From the NCBI GenBank assembly GCA_964016885.1, contig OZ024742.1:341992001-342056000 (forward strand): 64,000 nucleotides of DNA, given 5' to 3'. The DNA comes from Eledone cirrhosa. Taxonomy: Eukaryota. Below the pieces are notes generated by a model. It was not told the origin of the DNA. It did not search any database and saw only the letters and a list, made by a program, of their open reading frames with translations. Positions 12,766 through 26,159 of the stretch are shown here, one piece after another (positions within the stretch are counted from its first letter, which is position 1; the number at the start of each line of letters is the position of its first letter). The position numbers and the translations under genes are program-made.

Positions 12766-12791
12766 GGTGGTGGTGGTGGTGGTGGTGATGA

Positions 12792-12854
<63 letters not shown>

Positions 12855-12862
12855 TAGTAGTG
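12530..12862. repeat. (GGT/GAT/AGT)n microsatellite
   Basis: Direct reading. Confidence 0.93.
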
Positions 12863-12911
12863 ATATAACCTATTTTTGTCAGTTTTATTGTAGTTATCAT
12901 TACCTCATTGA

Positions 12912-13720
12912 GGGCAGTAGATTGTCAGTATCGGTAGAGCGTCGAACACCATGCTTTGTGTCATATAGTTACGGCCCTTTTCGTTCTGAGTTCAAATCCC
13001 GCCGAGGTTAACTCTGCCTTTCATTCTTACATGGTCAATAGCAAAAACTACCAGTAACGTACTGGGGTCGATTTAATCGACTTTCCCCCCTCCCCCCAAA
13101 TTGCTGGTCTCGTGCCAAATGTTAAAACAATTATTATTACTTTATTGAAGGCGGTGGATTGGCTGAATCTGTAGAGCGTCAGACAACATGCTTTCGGCAT
13201 AGAGTTACGGCCCTTTAGCATCTGAGTTCAAATCCTGCCGAGGTTAGTTCTGCATTCCATCCATACGACGCAGGGCGTCGATAAAATAAAGCACCAGTAA
13301 TGCGCTGGGGTCGATTTAACCGACTTTCCCCTCTCCCATGGCCGTCTGCCTATAGTAGAACTCATTATTATTAGAATCCTGTCGTGGTTAACTTTGCCTT
13401 TCATCCTTACGGGGGTCGATAAAATAAAGTACCAGTAATGTACTGGAGTCGATTTAATCGACTTTCCCCTTCAAATATCTGGCCTTGAACCTAAATCAGA
13501 AATCATTACTATGACAGTATCGGTAGTGCGTCAGACACCATGCTTTACAGCATAGAGTTACGGCTCTTTATGTTCTGAGTTCAAATCCCGCCGATGTTAA
13601 CTTTGCCTTTCATCCTTACGGGGTCGATAAAATAAAGTACCAGTAATGCAGTGGGGTCGATTTAATCGACTTTCCTCTCCGCTCAAATTACTGGCCTTGT
13701 ACCTATACTAGAAATCATTA
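12912..13720 (+). mobile_element. Head-to-tail cluster of four Nin-type SINE copies
   Basis: Repeated gagttcaaatcc..cctttcatccttac..gtcgataaaataaagtaccagt..gtcgatttaatcgactttcc units. Confidence 0.85.
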
Positions 13721-14195
13721 TATTGATATTATTATTGTTTCTATTATTCATATTATTGTTATTTTAACCTGTTGTAGACTACCTGGAATCTGTTCAGTGA
13801 ACAATAACAATAACTGGCCATTCTGTTTAGTAGTTTCATGGCAGAGATTTGCAGGTATTTGCAATGTGTCAGATAATATAATATTCCACGAAATAACGCA
13901 ATTGTGACATGATGTGGATAATAAGGAATAATTCATTTTTAATAATTTCCTTCTTCTCTCAACCCTTTTATTCCTTCAGAGCGATTCTTGAAGGTAATTT
14001 CTAGACACTGAAGGAAGAGTTTAAAGTTCAACCTTTTGTAAAGGGGAGGTAATTGTCGTTTAAATAGCTACAAATATCTTAACATTTTCACCAAAGTAAA
14101 ACCCACAGAAGCAGGCAGAGATCTAACTAGACACTCTCTTCCATTTTAACAAATCTCTTTCCTTCCTTCTCACTCTTTCTTCTCTTGTTACTATC

Positions 14196-14270
<75 letters not shown>

Positions 14271-15756
14271 TCTCTCTCTCTCTCTACTTTTGTGTGTCTA
14301 CCTCTTTCTTCCACGCTATCTTCACTTCTCTCTCTTCTACTCTATCACTGTCTCTCTCTCCCTCCCTTCTCTCTCTCTCCCTCTCTCCCTCTCTTCCTCT
14401 CTCTCTCTCTCTCTGTTTACTTTTGTGTCTCTACCTCTTTCTTCCACGCTATCTTCACTTCTCTCTCTTCTACTCCATCACTGTCTCTCTCTCCCTTCTT
14501 CTCTCTTTCTCTCTATCTCACCCTTCCTCTCTCTTCCTCTCTCTTTCTCTCTCCCTTCGTCTCCATCTTCTCTATACTCTCTTTTTCTCTCTTCCTCTCC
14601 CAGCTATCTCTTTCAAATTCTTGTGGGAAGTAAATAACGCTATAACTCTCTCTATTCTAATTCAACTATCTCTTTCCTTCCTCTCCTCTCTGTCTCTTTC
14701 AGTCTCTTTTCCTCTCTATCTCTACCTCTTTCTCTTCTTCTTTCTCTCTCTGCCTATCTCTAACTCTTGAGAGAGATAAATTACATTAAAAACCAAAGAA
14801 CTGCTCATTCGTCCACCCACTCTCTGTAGGATTTGAACTCAGACTGTAAAGAAATAAAACCACTTAGTGTTCAGTTGGTTTTAACTATTTTGCTACCAAA
14901 CCACCTGAAACAGGCCCTAGTGCCACGTTACAGAACTATTTTAAAGTGATTATAACCTATTTAAAATTCTTCCATCATAATTTTAAGCTAGAACCTTTAA
15001 TGTTACAGACACCAACTTAATGGTTTCTGATTTAGACACAAGGCCAACAATTTTAGCGAGTGGGGAAAGTCGATTAAATTGATCCCAGTACGTTAATGGT
15101 GCGTTATTTTATCGACCCTGTAAGGATGAACGGCAAAGCTAACCTTAGAATGTAAGGGCCGTATCTATATGCTACGAAGTATAATGCCCGACATTCTAAC
15201 GATACTACCAATCCCCACCCTAAACCCCAACTTAATAATGAGAAAGTGGTATGAATTAACAAACCCTTCCGAATTCTTGTTACTTTCCAAAATTATTTGA
15301 AAATCATAGGCAGTGTCTTTCGTTAGAAATATGGTAACGAAAGGGGTAATTTTTAAAAGGTTTTATATATTTTTGTTGAATTTTACCGGTTTCAGCTGTT
15401 TACAGCCTTTTTCAAAAGGATTTTTGTTGCAGTCTTTCAAAAAATGTTTTTCGTTTCTGTCTATCTCACGTTGTTGGCCGCTTATGTTCAGTGAAAAATC
15501 AAAAGTTGGTAGTGCACTCAATCCAAAAGACGAGTTGGATACGGATTTGCTGTCTTTTTATCTTCCTATTTTGTTTTAACGTCCAATTAAAAATATATTA
15601 GAACACCTCATAAAATACATTGAATCACTTAGTTAAGGCTTTTCCTCTTTCCAGAATTGATAAAATATAGTACCAGTCAAGTACTGGGGTCGATTTAACC
15701 GACTTGTTCTTCCAACCTCCAAAGTAATGCTGGTTTTGTGCATCAATGTAACACTT

Positions 15757-15883
15757 TTCTTCTTCTTCTTCTTCTTCTTCTTCTTCTTCTTCTTCTTCTT
15801 CTTCTTCTTCTTCTTCTTCTTCTTCTTCTTCTTCTTCTTCTTCTTCTTCTTCTTCTTCTTCTTCTTCTTCTTCTTCTTCTTCT
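15757..15883. repeat. (CTT)n microsatellite
   Basis: Direct reading. Confidence 0.95.
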
Positions 15884-16264
15884 AATTATTATTAATATTA
15901 TTATTACTATTGATATTATTATCACCACCACCACTACTACTACTAGTGTAGTAGTAGTAGTAGTAGTAACTACTACTACTACACTGATATTTTATCTATG
16001 GAATAGTTATTTTGCTCCTATCCAGAGGCGATCTCATGCGGTATTATGTGAAAATTCGTGAAATAACACATTCTATTTTTTCCCAGTGGTCTTTTTTGCA
16101 GTGGAATCTCTCTGGAAACAAATTTATTGTATGTATGTTTCAGTGTGAGTGTGTAAGTGTGTGTGTGTACTTATATATATATATATATATATATATATGG
16201 ATATATATTTATATACATATATATTTGTATATATATATATACATATATATTTGTATATATTATG

Positions 16265-16306
<42 letters not shown>

Positions 16307-16663
16307 GTATATATTATTTGTATATATTATGTATTCATATATATATATATATAATGTATATATTATGTATATATATTTGTATATATTATGTATATATATA
16401 TATATGTATATATGCATATATGAAGCTATCAGTTTGTATGCAATACATAATGAAATAGAACACATCTATATATTATTTACTATATATATAAGACATAAGT
16501 GAATTATTCGTCTCATTTAAATTGTATCTATACAATTATTTATTTATGTACATACACATCTACCCCTCGAACCCATTCAAATAAACATATATATATATAT
16601 ATATATATATATAAACACATATATATATATAAACATATATATATGCATATATATATATGTATT

Positions 16664-16732
<69 letters not shown>

Positions 16733-17268
16733 ATATAATACATATATATGCATATATATATGCATATATATATATATATATACAAACAAACACACACATA
16801 CACACATGCCAATCGCACACTATACATTGGGCAAACATACACCAACCATATCGTTTGGAAAAATGAATTTAGAGATTTACATAATACAGAAGAAGCGGTT
16901 ATTTTCGTATATTATTGTAATCATAAAAAATGCCACTCTAAATCCCTAGGGACTGTTTTTAGCGGAAAGATCTACAGACATATGTTTGGTTTTTTATATG
17001 TATTTCTATGTGCTATCGTTCAAAATAAATATGTTTTTGTCATTATTTGTCATATACTCAAATATACTCACGCTGGGTCGACAAATTCTATTGCGCATAT
17101 TCTTGTCATTCATGTAGGTATATTAATTTGTGTGTGTATGTGTGTGTGTGTGTGTGTGCATGCGTGTGTGTATACCATATCTGTGTATGTATATATCTCT
17201 GTGTGTGTGTATACACCCTGTCTATGTACGTATATGTGTGTGTGTGTGTGTATATACATATATGTGCT

Positions 17269-17329
<61 letters not shown>

Positions 17330-17762
17330 ATGTGTGTATATATATATATATTTATTTATGTATTTACATATGTATATGAATATATATGTGTGTGTCTGCA
17401 TGTGTGTGTCTGTGTGTGTGAGTGCATGTGTGTGTATATATATAGATATATGTGTGTGTGTGTGTGTGTGTGCGTGTGTGTGCGTGTGTATGTGTGTGTG
17501 TACATATATGTATATGAGAAATTATTTGGTTGGGGAAAAAAACAAAAAACAAAATCAAAGAATTGCTTGTAGAAACAACATGGACTAGCAGGTTATTCTG
17601 GTGTTCTTTATTTGGTAAGTTTTCTTTCAATCTTCCATTCTTTTATTCTTTTGTCAGTGTGAAAAAAAACACACCACTATATTAAGTAAAGGTCTTATTA
17701 AAACAGTTTAATGAATAGCCATTTCACATGTTATATTAAGTAGATTGAAACAACTATATGTA

Positions 17763-17798
<36 letters not shown>

Positions 17799-17799
<1 letters not shown>

Positions 17800-18173
17800 T
17801 AGCCGAATAACCCGCACCTTGCTGCGTTTCACACATTTTTTTGTAAGAAAATGATGATTGATTTTAAATCAGTGATATAATTTATGGAGAAAAACTTCAT
17901 TAAGGTGTCTTAATTTTATTGAAATTTGCTGAAAGTTTGTGAATAGGGATCATATCTTGTCATTTACCTATGGTCTAAATTTCATATAAATCGAAGGGAA
18001 AACATTTTCAGCGGGGGTTTGTTTCCCCAGTGAACCCTTTGATTAAAATGAAACATACTTATCCAAGAACCCTGGGCAATGTAGTTTCAGAATATATATG
18101 TTTATGGGGAGGTCTATCTCCAAAACCATAGCAGGAGTTCGTGAAAAAACAAACAAACGGACAAGAAGTACAA

Positions 18174-18177
<4 letters not shown>
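17799..18177 (-). mobile_element. Non-autonomous Helitron
   Basis: 3' end cgcagcaaggtgcg hairpin then CTAG|T; homologous to 34327-34826. Confidence 0.75.
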
Positions 18178-18267
<90 letters not shown>

Positions 18268-18426
18268 TATAGATTGAAGGTACACATAGATGCGTGTTGT
18301 GTTAAAGCGAATAACTATGTATCTACCCTGGGAGTTTAGTTAACATTACTTATTAAGGAGTACGCTCAGATGCAACCGGTACTAGCTGTGAAACCCATAT
18401 TAATCTCGTCAACTTATTATTATTAT

Positions 18427-18464
<38 letters not shown>

Positions 18465-18465
18465 C

Positions 18466-20643
18466 TAGGGCGGGTAAAATTCCCGAGATCCATGGACGAG
18501 TTCTCTCCAGCGTTCTCTGTCCTTCATTATCGCTGCCATGTCCTGCATCTCCAACAGACCACAGTGTCTGTCCTTAGGGCATCAACATATGTTAACCTTG
18601 GTCTTCCTCTTCCAGTGTGTCCATGCAGGGGCTCCCACAGGAGCACTGAATGCAGTGTCAACTCTGGATGTCGGTGAGCATGTCCAGCTAACCTCAGTCT
18701 CCTCTGTGTCACTTTTGAGCTGACTTTTGAGAGGCCCCCATACAGCTCTGAGTTTTTCATCCTCAGTGTATACTGATTAATGTTCAGAGCCATCCTCAGC
18801 ATTCTGGTGTAGCACCCATCCACCATCTGAGTGAGTTTCTTGGTCAGTATCCAAGTCTCAGACCCGTACAGCAGCACAGACTCCACTACAGCAATGAAGA
18901 GGCGGATCTTCAGGTCCTCACGTAGGTCCGACTTCCACACCGATCTCAAGCTGTGGCACGCCGCCCAGGCTTTGCTCTTCCTCTCAACCACATCATCTTC
19001 CGTATTCCCAATCTTTGCTCCCAAATACAGGAAGTCCTCAACCAATTCTAGCAGCTTCCCGCCTACATTAGTGATCCCCTCTGGCTTCTCAACATTCTCT
19101 ACCAGACATTTTGTCTTAGTCTCATTCATTCTCAGCCCCACACTCATCGACACAGTCTCAACCTCCTGCATCAAATCTTCTGCCTCCTTCACTGTGTTTG
19201 TCACCAAAACTATGTCGTCGGCAAATTCAGCATCCGATATCTTTTTCGCCTTAACTCTCCTGCTCTGAGCCGGTGTTACAGTAAATCCAGAGTCCTGATG
19301 TTTCTCCAGTGCAAGGCGCATACAATAGTCCACTACGATGATAAAAAGGTAGGGAGCCAATGTATCTCCCTGGAGCACGCCAGCCAGTATCTCAAAGAAT
19401 TCTGTCATCCCATCAGGTGTAATGATTTGGGCTTGGTGTTGGTGTAGAGCAGTAATATCAGGTCCACTATCTTCTTGGGAATTCCATAAGCCTGTAAGAT
19501 CTTCACCAGGCAGTGACGGTCCAGAGAATCAAAGGCCTTCCTAAAGTCAATGAAAACCATGACCGCAAGAAGGCACTTTGCTCTAGCTCCCTCTAATATC
19601 CTCCTCAGCATCAGGATGTGACTGGTGGTTGATCCTCCTTCTCTGAAGCCGTTCTGGTTGTCCCTGAGCTTCTTCTCCATCTCGGATCCTGTTAAGAATC
19701 ATCCTGTTGAGGGTCTTTGCCACAAGTGACGTCAGTGAGATTCCCCTGTAGTTGTTGGTGTTAGAGAGATCTCCCTCCTTTGGCACTAGGACGATGTTAC
19801 TGATCCTCCACTGATTCGGGGCAACTCCTTTCTCCAGTGCCCAGTTACAGAACCCCAGGATGATATCATCAAAATCACACCACTTCATCACCTCTGATGC
19901 CACTCCATCTTCTCCATGAGCCTTGCCCTCCTTGATCTGCTTCTTGGCTCTCTGAAGCTCCTCTCTGGTGAAAGGCTGTCTCAATATCCAGTTCCTCAAA
20001 CAGCTGCCTGATCTCCCCAGTGTTCTGGGCTGTGGAGGGCGGCTCTCCTAGTAGGGTCCTAAAATTGTCCAGCCATTTCTCCTTCCTATCCTCGGGCCCT
20101 GTTCCCTGGATCTGACTCCAACACCTTCTCTTCCTCCCTGTGATCTCGATGATGATCATCCAGCTCTCCTTACATCCAGACCTGTCAACCGCTCTCTCCA
20201 CACTTCTGATCTTCTCTATCAGTGCCTCCTCTCTGTCCTCAGTATAAGCGGTACAGATTTCTTCCCTCATCACTTCCACATTCTCCTTCCTCTCCTCCGT
20301 AGGATCAGCATAGAATTGGTCCTTGACAGCTTTCAGGTGTTCTCTGGCTGCACACACTTTTGGGTCAGCAGAGCTGACATGCTTGCTTTTGTTCTTTCTC
20401 CTCGGCACCAGGGTCTCACTTGCTTCCGCCACTGCATTGATGAAGTACCCGTACCTCCTCGTCACACTCTCTTCAGTCCATCCAATCTCTCTCTCCTCTG
20501 TCTCTCCACACAGAACACTGAACCTGTTCCACTGTGAACCTCTCCTGTAGCTTATCATCTTCCTTGAAAACTCCCCAGTCATAGATTGCTCTCAGGGGCT
20601 GAGCCTTGCTCTTTCTTAAGCTCACCCGGACCTCACTCATAAC
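18466..20643 (-). mobile_element. RTE-group (RTE/RTEX/Proto2-like) LINE, RT and 3' portion, frameshifted
   Basis: ORF pieces NYRGISLTS, NQNGFREG, FIDFRKAFDS, GVLQGDTLAPYLF, FADD, FLYLG, LLYGSETW; ends at GSREFYPP* directly against a (TA)n tract. Confidence 0.92.
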
Positions 20644-21036
20644 ATAATTGTTCTGGGTATGACATTAAACAATCCAGTGGCAAGGCTCCAGTTCGGGAGT
20701 TCAGGAGCAGTGGGGAATGTGGAGTTATCCCTTAGTTGTCATGTCTCCCAGGTCTGCTCTGGCCCGGAGTAGTAGTACATGTTAGGGCCCCATTTATGGG
20801 TTAAATAACTACCTTACTCGAGTGGTGCCGGTAAGGTATTGTCAACTATTGAAAAGAAATATGGAGAGTCTATCTAACAGCACTAGGGTTAGAACCCCTA
20901 ACTACACTGTCAAGGAGCAGTCTGGTCGTTATGACTCTACTGGCTTAGAACTACAGGGAGGTCCAGTGGATGATGGATCAGCTATCTCTGAGACAAATAT
21001 AAAGAATTCAGTTTTGTCCTGCAGAAGACCATCAAA

Positions 21037-21686
21037 ATGGGCACTTTGAATGTGAGGACTATTCGGACGCTGGAGAAGAGGGAGGAGTTTGGTCATCTAT
21101 TCGAGGAGAGTGGTATACAGATACTTGCGATCCAAGAACACAGGATCCTACACGATGAGCCCGTGAGGAGTGTGATGATTGGGAAGATGAGCCAGCTCAT
21201 CACCACATCGGCAGTGAGGAACATGACCAATGCTGCAGTGGGAGGAGTGGGTTTTGATTTCAGCACAAAAACCAGTCTATTGGTGAGGGAAATAATACCT
21301 GCCTCCCCGCGAGTGTTGAAGGTGATCTTCAATGGAAACCCAAGACTGAGTCATCTTACCCTATAGTTCAACCGAGGGAGACAGTGATGTGAGTGCGGAA
21401 GAGTTCCATGAGGAGGTGTGTAGAGCTGTCACACCACACAAGCACACGACATCCTGGTTGTTCTAGGGGACTTCAATGCACATCTGAGTAAGGAGGGCAG
21501 TGAAGATCCTTGCTGGTACTTCTATAACAACACCAACCGAAATGGAAGACTACTGAGAGACACCCTGCTGGAGGCGAACTTGATAGCGACCAACCTAAGG
21601 TTTAGGAAGAATCCGGGAAAGATATGGACCTACATCTCAGATATGCACCTGTCCAAGTCCCAGATTGATTTCTTTCTGGTGAGGAA
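21037..21686 (+). pseudogene. APE endonuclease domain of the same LINE, inverted relative to the RT
   Basis: GTLNVRT, ILAIQEHR, LGDFNAH, TNRNG, WTY and SQIDFFLVR motifs; ends at (TA)n before the expected SDH motif. Confidence 0.9.
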
Positions 21687-22587
21687 TATATATATATATA
21701 TATATATGAATAAAGTTAGTCCTTCATCAGTGATCTTCCAACCATCATTGGTATTTCATCGCTTTAAAGACCATATACCTCCGGTTGGTGCGAGCAACGG
21801 CTAAAAAAAGTTGTTGGGACAGGTAATTAAAGGGGACACGAGTGTAAACAAACAAAATGGTGAAGCAACGAAAAGTGGGGAAAAAGGAGTCAAGTCCCAA
21901 ATTTCTATGAATTTAAATTCGGTGAAATCGTGAACGAAAGAGAATAAAGACCATCAAACCTGGTTGGAATGTAAGCAAGGAAGGAATTCCGTACATGTCT
22001 AACGGGAGGAAGAAGGGATCTAGTCTGTGATTTCGGTGAACGTAAGTTCTGTGAAATCGTAGACGAGAGAGAGAGAAAAAAAAGCGACCTGCCAGACCAA
22101 GGGTGCGAAAGAAAAGAATTACGCACAGGTCAAACGGGAAGAAGGAGGAGGAGGAGAGGTAGTAACAGAGAATGAGTGAGTGAAGGGTGAGGAAGAGGCT
22201 AACAGAGAGAGTGACTGCTAGAGAGGGTAAAGATACAGAGAAAGCGAAATAGACGTGTAACAGCGGGGGAAAAGATATGTGTAAATATGAGAAAAACGTG
22301 CTGCTGGGTTGCTAATGGGTTACATATGAATAAAGTTAGTCCTTCATCAGTGATCTTCCAACCATCATTGGTATTTCATCGCTTTAAAGACCATATACCT
22401 CCGGTTGGTGCGAGCAACGGCTAAAAAAAGTCGTTGGGACACGTAATTCAAATTAGAAGCTACATTCTTAGCGAGTATTTATTTTCTAATTTCAAATTTC
22501 AAACCTGCTCACTGTTTCAAAACATACTTCCTTGTCATTTATACTCGCTAAGAATGTAGCTTCTAATTTGAATGGAAGGAGATGGGT

Positions 22588-22658
22588 GATGTGTTGGTGC
22601 AATGGTATCACAGTGGTCTGGATAACCAAAGATGTGGGTTCGACTCCCATGTACATCA
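22588..22658 (+). ncRNA. tRNA-like cloverleaf (anticodon position GGA, no long variable arm) inside a repeat element
   Basis: GATGTGT/GTACATC acceptor, GTG/CAC D-stem, TGGT/ACCA anticodon stem, GTGGG-TTCGACT-CCCAT T arm; A box TGGTGCAATGG, B box GGTTCGACTCC; T5 about 10 nt downstream. Confidence 0.7.
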
Positions 22659-23314
22659 GTACTCATCTTTTTCCATTTATCTGAGGGTTCTAAACCCCAT
22701 TATCAGGCTAAAATTTCTTTAGTCAAAAATACGGTGAAAGCTATTCTATTTTCTAATTTCAAACCTGGTCACTGTTTCAAAACATACTTACTTGTCATAT
22801 ATATATATATATATATATAGTTAGGGAAGAAAAAAATTGCTTATTGTGATCCAGTTCGTGGTTAAGAAAGCCAGTTTCATGGACGGTTTCAACGTACGGT
22901 TAGGGGTAACTCCACAAGTTTGTAAGAATTCCGTTCAATCTTGGAGTATAAAGTATAAAAGAGAAAACACAGATAAGCATTAAGAGAAGTATTCTATCCA
23001 GGTATTTACGACCATTTCATTGGTAAGTGCAACCTTATATTGCTATGCTGCAAATAGCAGCCACTCAATGATAATTGTTGTTCACGTCCGTTTCGACAGC
23101 TAGATCCGAACTCAGTCGGGGTCCTGACTCTTTCCCTATTACCCACTCTACTACACTAAGTATCGAGTACTCTGGTGTGTTATGGTCTACCTGGTTCATT
23201 ACCACACTTTCTCTGTTTATATATATATATATATATATATAAACATACATATATATATATTCCATTAAGGGTGGAAGCAGCGATTCTTTGCTTAAACTTT
23301 AATTTGATATTTTA

Positions 23315-23370
<56 letters not shown>

Positions 23371-23381
<11 letters not shown>

Positions 23382-23607
23382 GAATAGCTTTCACCGTATT
23401 CTTGACTAAAGGAATTTTAGCCTGATAATGGGGTTTAGAACCCTCAGATAAATGGAAAAAGACGAGTATTGACGTACTCGTCTTTTTCCATTTATCTGAG
23501 GGTTCTAAACCCCATTATCAGGCTAAAATTCCTTTAGTCAAGAATACGGTGAAAGCTATTCTATTTTCTAATTTCAAACCTGCTCACTGTTTCAAAAAAT
23601 ACTTACT

Positions 23608-23610
<3 letters not shown>
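23371..23610 (+). mobile_element. Fold-back element, 98-bp arms plus 38-nt tail, same family as 22541-22798
   Basis: 23371-23468 is the reverse complement of 23475-23572; (TA)n on both sides. Confidence 0.9.
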
Positions 23611-23681
<71 letters not shown>

Positions 23682-23882
23682 TTAAGGATACTATTTATGG
23701 TTATGTATATACTAAAACTTTTTATAGTTATATATATTTTAAACCCTAAACAGTGAAAGACAGTAATTTATTACTACCTTATTACCAGTAAGATAAATAG
23801 CTCAATGTAATAACATCAGTTGTTCTACAGAGCAGTTATATAGAATTCACAGGAATCAAAGTTATGTTCAAACCATTTATTA

Positions 23883-23927
23883 GCTTACAATTGTTTCATC
23901 CAAACCGAGGTTTGGAGTCTTCGGAGC
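23883..23927 (-). ncRNA. Hammerhead-like motif in left arm of large inverted repeat
   Basis: gct-CCGAAGA-c tccaaacc tc ggtttgga t-GAAA-caattg-TA-agc. Confidence 0.6.
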
Positions 23928-26114
23928 ATTTTTTCAATGTTTGTATACATACGTGACCTCCTTTCCAACGCAAGAGACATACAGATACATATGTATATAT
24001 TGATGCACAGTGGGGTGACAAATATTATATTATTCCTGAATGCCAATTTAAATTCAAAAATTAAAATCATATTAAAACAGAATCAAAGCAAAATTAAAAT
24101 TAAAATACAACATCGGCAGTTAACGTAGATAATGTAAGAGGATGGTTTGTTAGTCAGTTGTAGTAGTTATTGTATGCATTAGTTACACGTGGGGCATGCA
24201 CGTGTGTCTTGTTTATATATGAGTATTGTGCGACAGGGTGTTATATGCAATACAAGCACTTTAAGCGGGTAATCAAGAGTATTATGGAGGTTGTAGTGGT
24301 AAGGTATTTTTTGTGTATGTTAAAGAAGCTTGTGTGCAGAGAAATAGTATAAATGAGAAGCAAAATAATGTTATGTTTTTTGTATACACCACCATTTTCA
24401 CAATTCAGGAGACGTAATATATAGTTTATATGTCCTTCACATAATTAACGATGATTCCGTATTGGATGTTTGATGTATTAAGTTAAATTATTATAGCTTG
24501 TTGCGGCTCAGTGTTCTTTAATCCAATTTAATAGAGCAGGTTGTTTCTGTTGCGAGAATTTACATCGTTTTATTATCCGGAAGTATGTGTGTGATTAAGG
24601 GGAGTTAATGCGTGAGGGGAGGTAACTAGCTGATTTCTATAACTAAATTTATTATTCCAACATACATTAAAAGGTGTCTCAATTGAGTCCCTTATATATA
24701 CGGTTATATACAGTTTCCAAATTTAAGTATCCTATCTTAAATTACAGTCTACTGTATCATGAAGTACTAAAGGTATCTATATTAGGATGATTACTCTATC
24801 ATAGAGTCCTACCACTGAATATTCCATACGAAGAGTCAGATCTGCATATCAAAGTTCTTTGTAAATGTAGTCTACTCACAGAACCTGTCAGGGGCCCTAT
24901 TAGAACCACGTCTATATAACCCCTGGTAAGCTCTGGGTCAGCGCATGGCTGATTGCATGGCAAAGTTAAATATCTCTAGGGTAGACCAAAAAACATTTCT
25001 CACTTACAATGTCATTAATCTATCTATCAAGTTATACATGTATGTATAACTCACATACCACTTGTACATAATTCATTGTACTCAACATATAGGTTATATA
25101 GCTCTTTTATGTTAATAAATTAATGCTCTATTTATCTAATGATAGCACTCCATACATACAACAACATTTGCACAAATAATTCATTGCTGAATTCGGTGTT
25201 TAAAGTTTACATATAATTATATAGTGATATAATACAGTCTAAGTAATTGAAAGTAATTATACTAAAAGTAGTAGTACTTCATGATAGAGTAGACTGTAAT
25301 TTAAGATAGGATACTTAAATTTGGAAACTGTATATAACCGTATATATAAGGGACTCAATTGAGACACCTTTTAATGTATGTTGGAATAATAAATTTAGTT
25401 ATAGAAATCAGCTAGTTACCTCCCCTCACGCATTAACTCCCCTTAATCACACACATACTTCCGGATAATAAAACGATATAAGTTCTCGCAACAGAAACAA
25501 CCTGCTCTATTAAATTGGATTAAAGAACACTGAGCCGCAACAAGCTATAATAATTTAACTTAATACATCAAACATCCAATACGGAATCATCGTTAATTAT
25601 GTGAAGGACATATAAACTATATATTACGTCTCCTGAATTGTGAAAATGGTGGTGTATACAAAAACCATAACATTATTTTGCTTCTCATTTATACTATTTC
25701 TCTGCACACAAGCTCCTTTAACATACACAAAAAATACCTTACCACTACAACCTCCATAATACTCTTGATTACCCGCTTAAAGTGCTTGTATTGCATATAA
25801 CACCCTGTCGCACAATAATCATATATAAACAAGACACATGTTCATTCCCCCACGTGTAACTAATGCATACAATAACTACTACAACTGACTAACAAACTAT
25901 CCTCTTACATTATCTACGTTAACTGCCGATGTTGTATTTTAATTTTAATTTTGCTTTGATTCTGTTTTAATATGATTTTAATTTTTGAATTTAAATTGGC
26001 ATTCAGGAATAATATAATATTTGTCACCCCACTGTGCATCAATATATACATATGTATCTGTATGTCTCTTGCGTTGGAAAGGAGGTCACGTATGTATACA
26101 AACATTGAAAAAAT

Positions 26115-26159
26115 GCTCCGAAGACTCCAAACCTCGGTTTGGATGAAACAATTGTAAGC
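26115..26159 (+). ncRNA. Hammerhead-like motif in right arm of large inverted repeat
   Basis: Identical to 23883-23927 on the opposite strand. Confidence 0.6.

Noticed and set aside
16930-16985. Hammerhead 3' halves (GAAAgatcTA here; others near 43585 and 49945)
   Set aside because: No matching core or stem I partner found, so not counted as ribozymes.
21715-21775. Type II hammerhead on minus strand (GAAA...CTGATGA)
   Set aside because: Stems I and III do not close around a UH site.
22588-22658. Functional tRNA-Ser(GGA) gene
   Set aside because: Lacks the long variable arm, has an atypical anticodon, and sits in a repeat; reported as tRNA-like only.
23838-24769. Mitochondrial control-region NUMT or viral ITR as origin of the large inverted repeat
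   Set aside because: No mitochondrial tRNA, gene or viral ORF recognisable nearby; needs a BLAST search to exclude fully.
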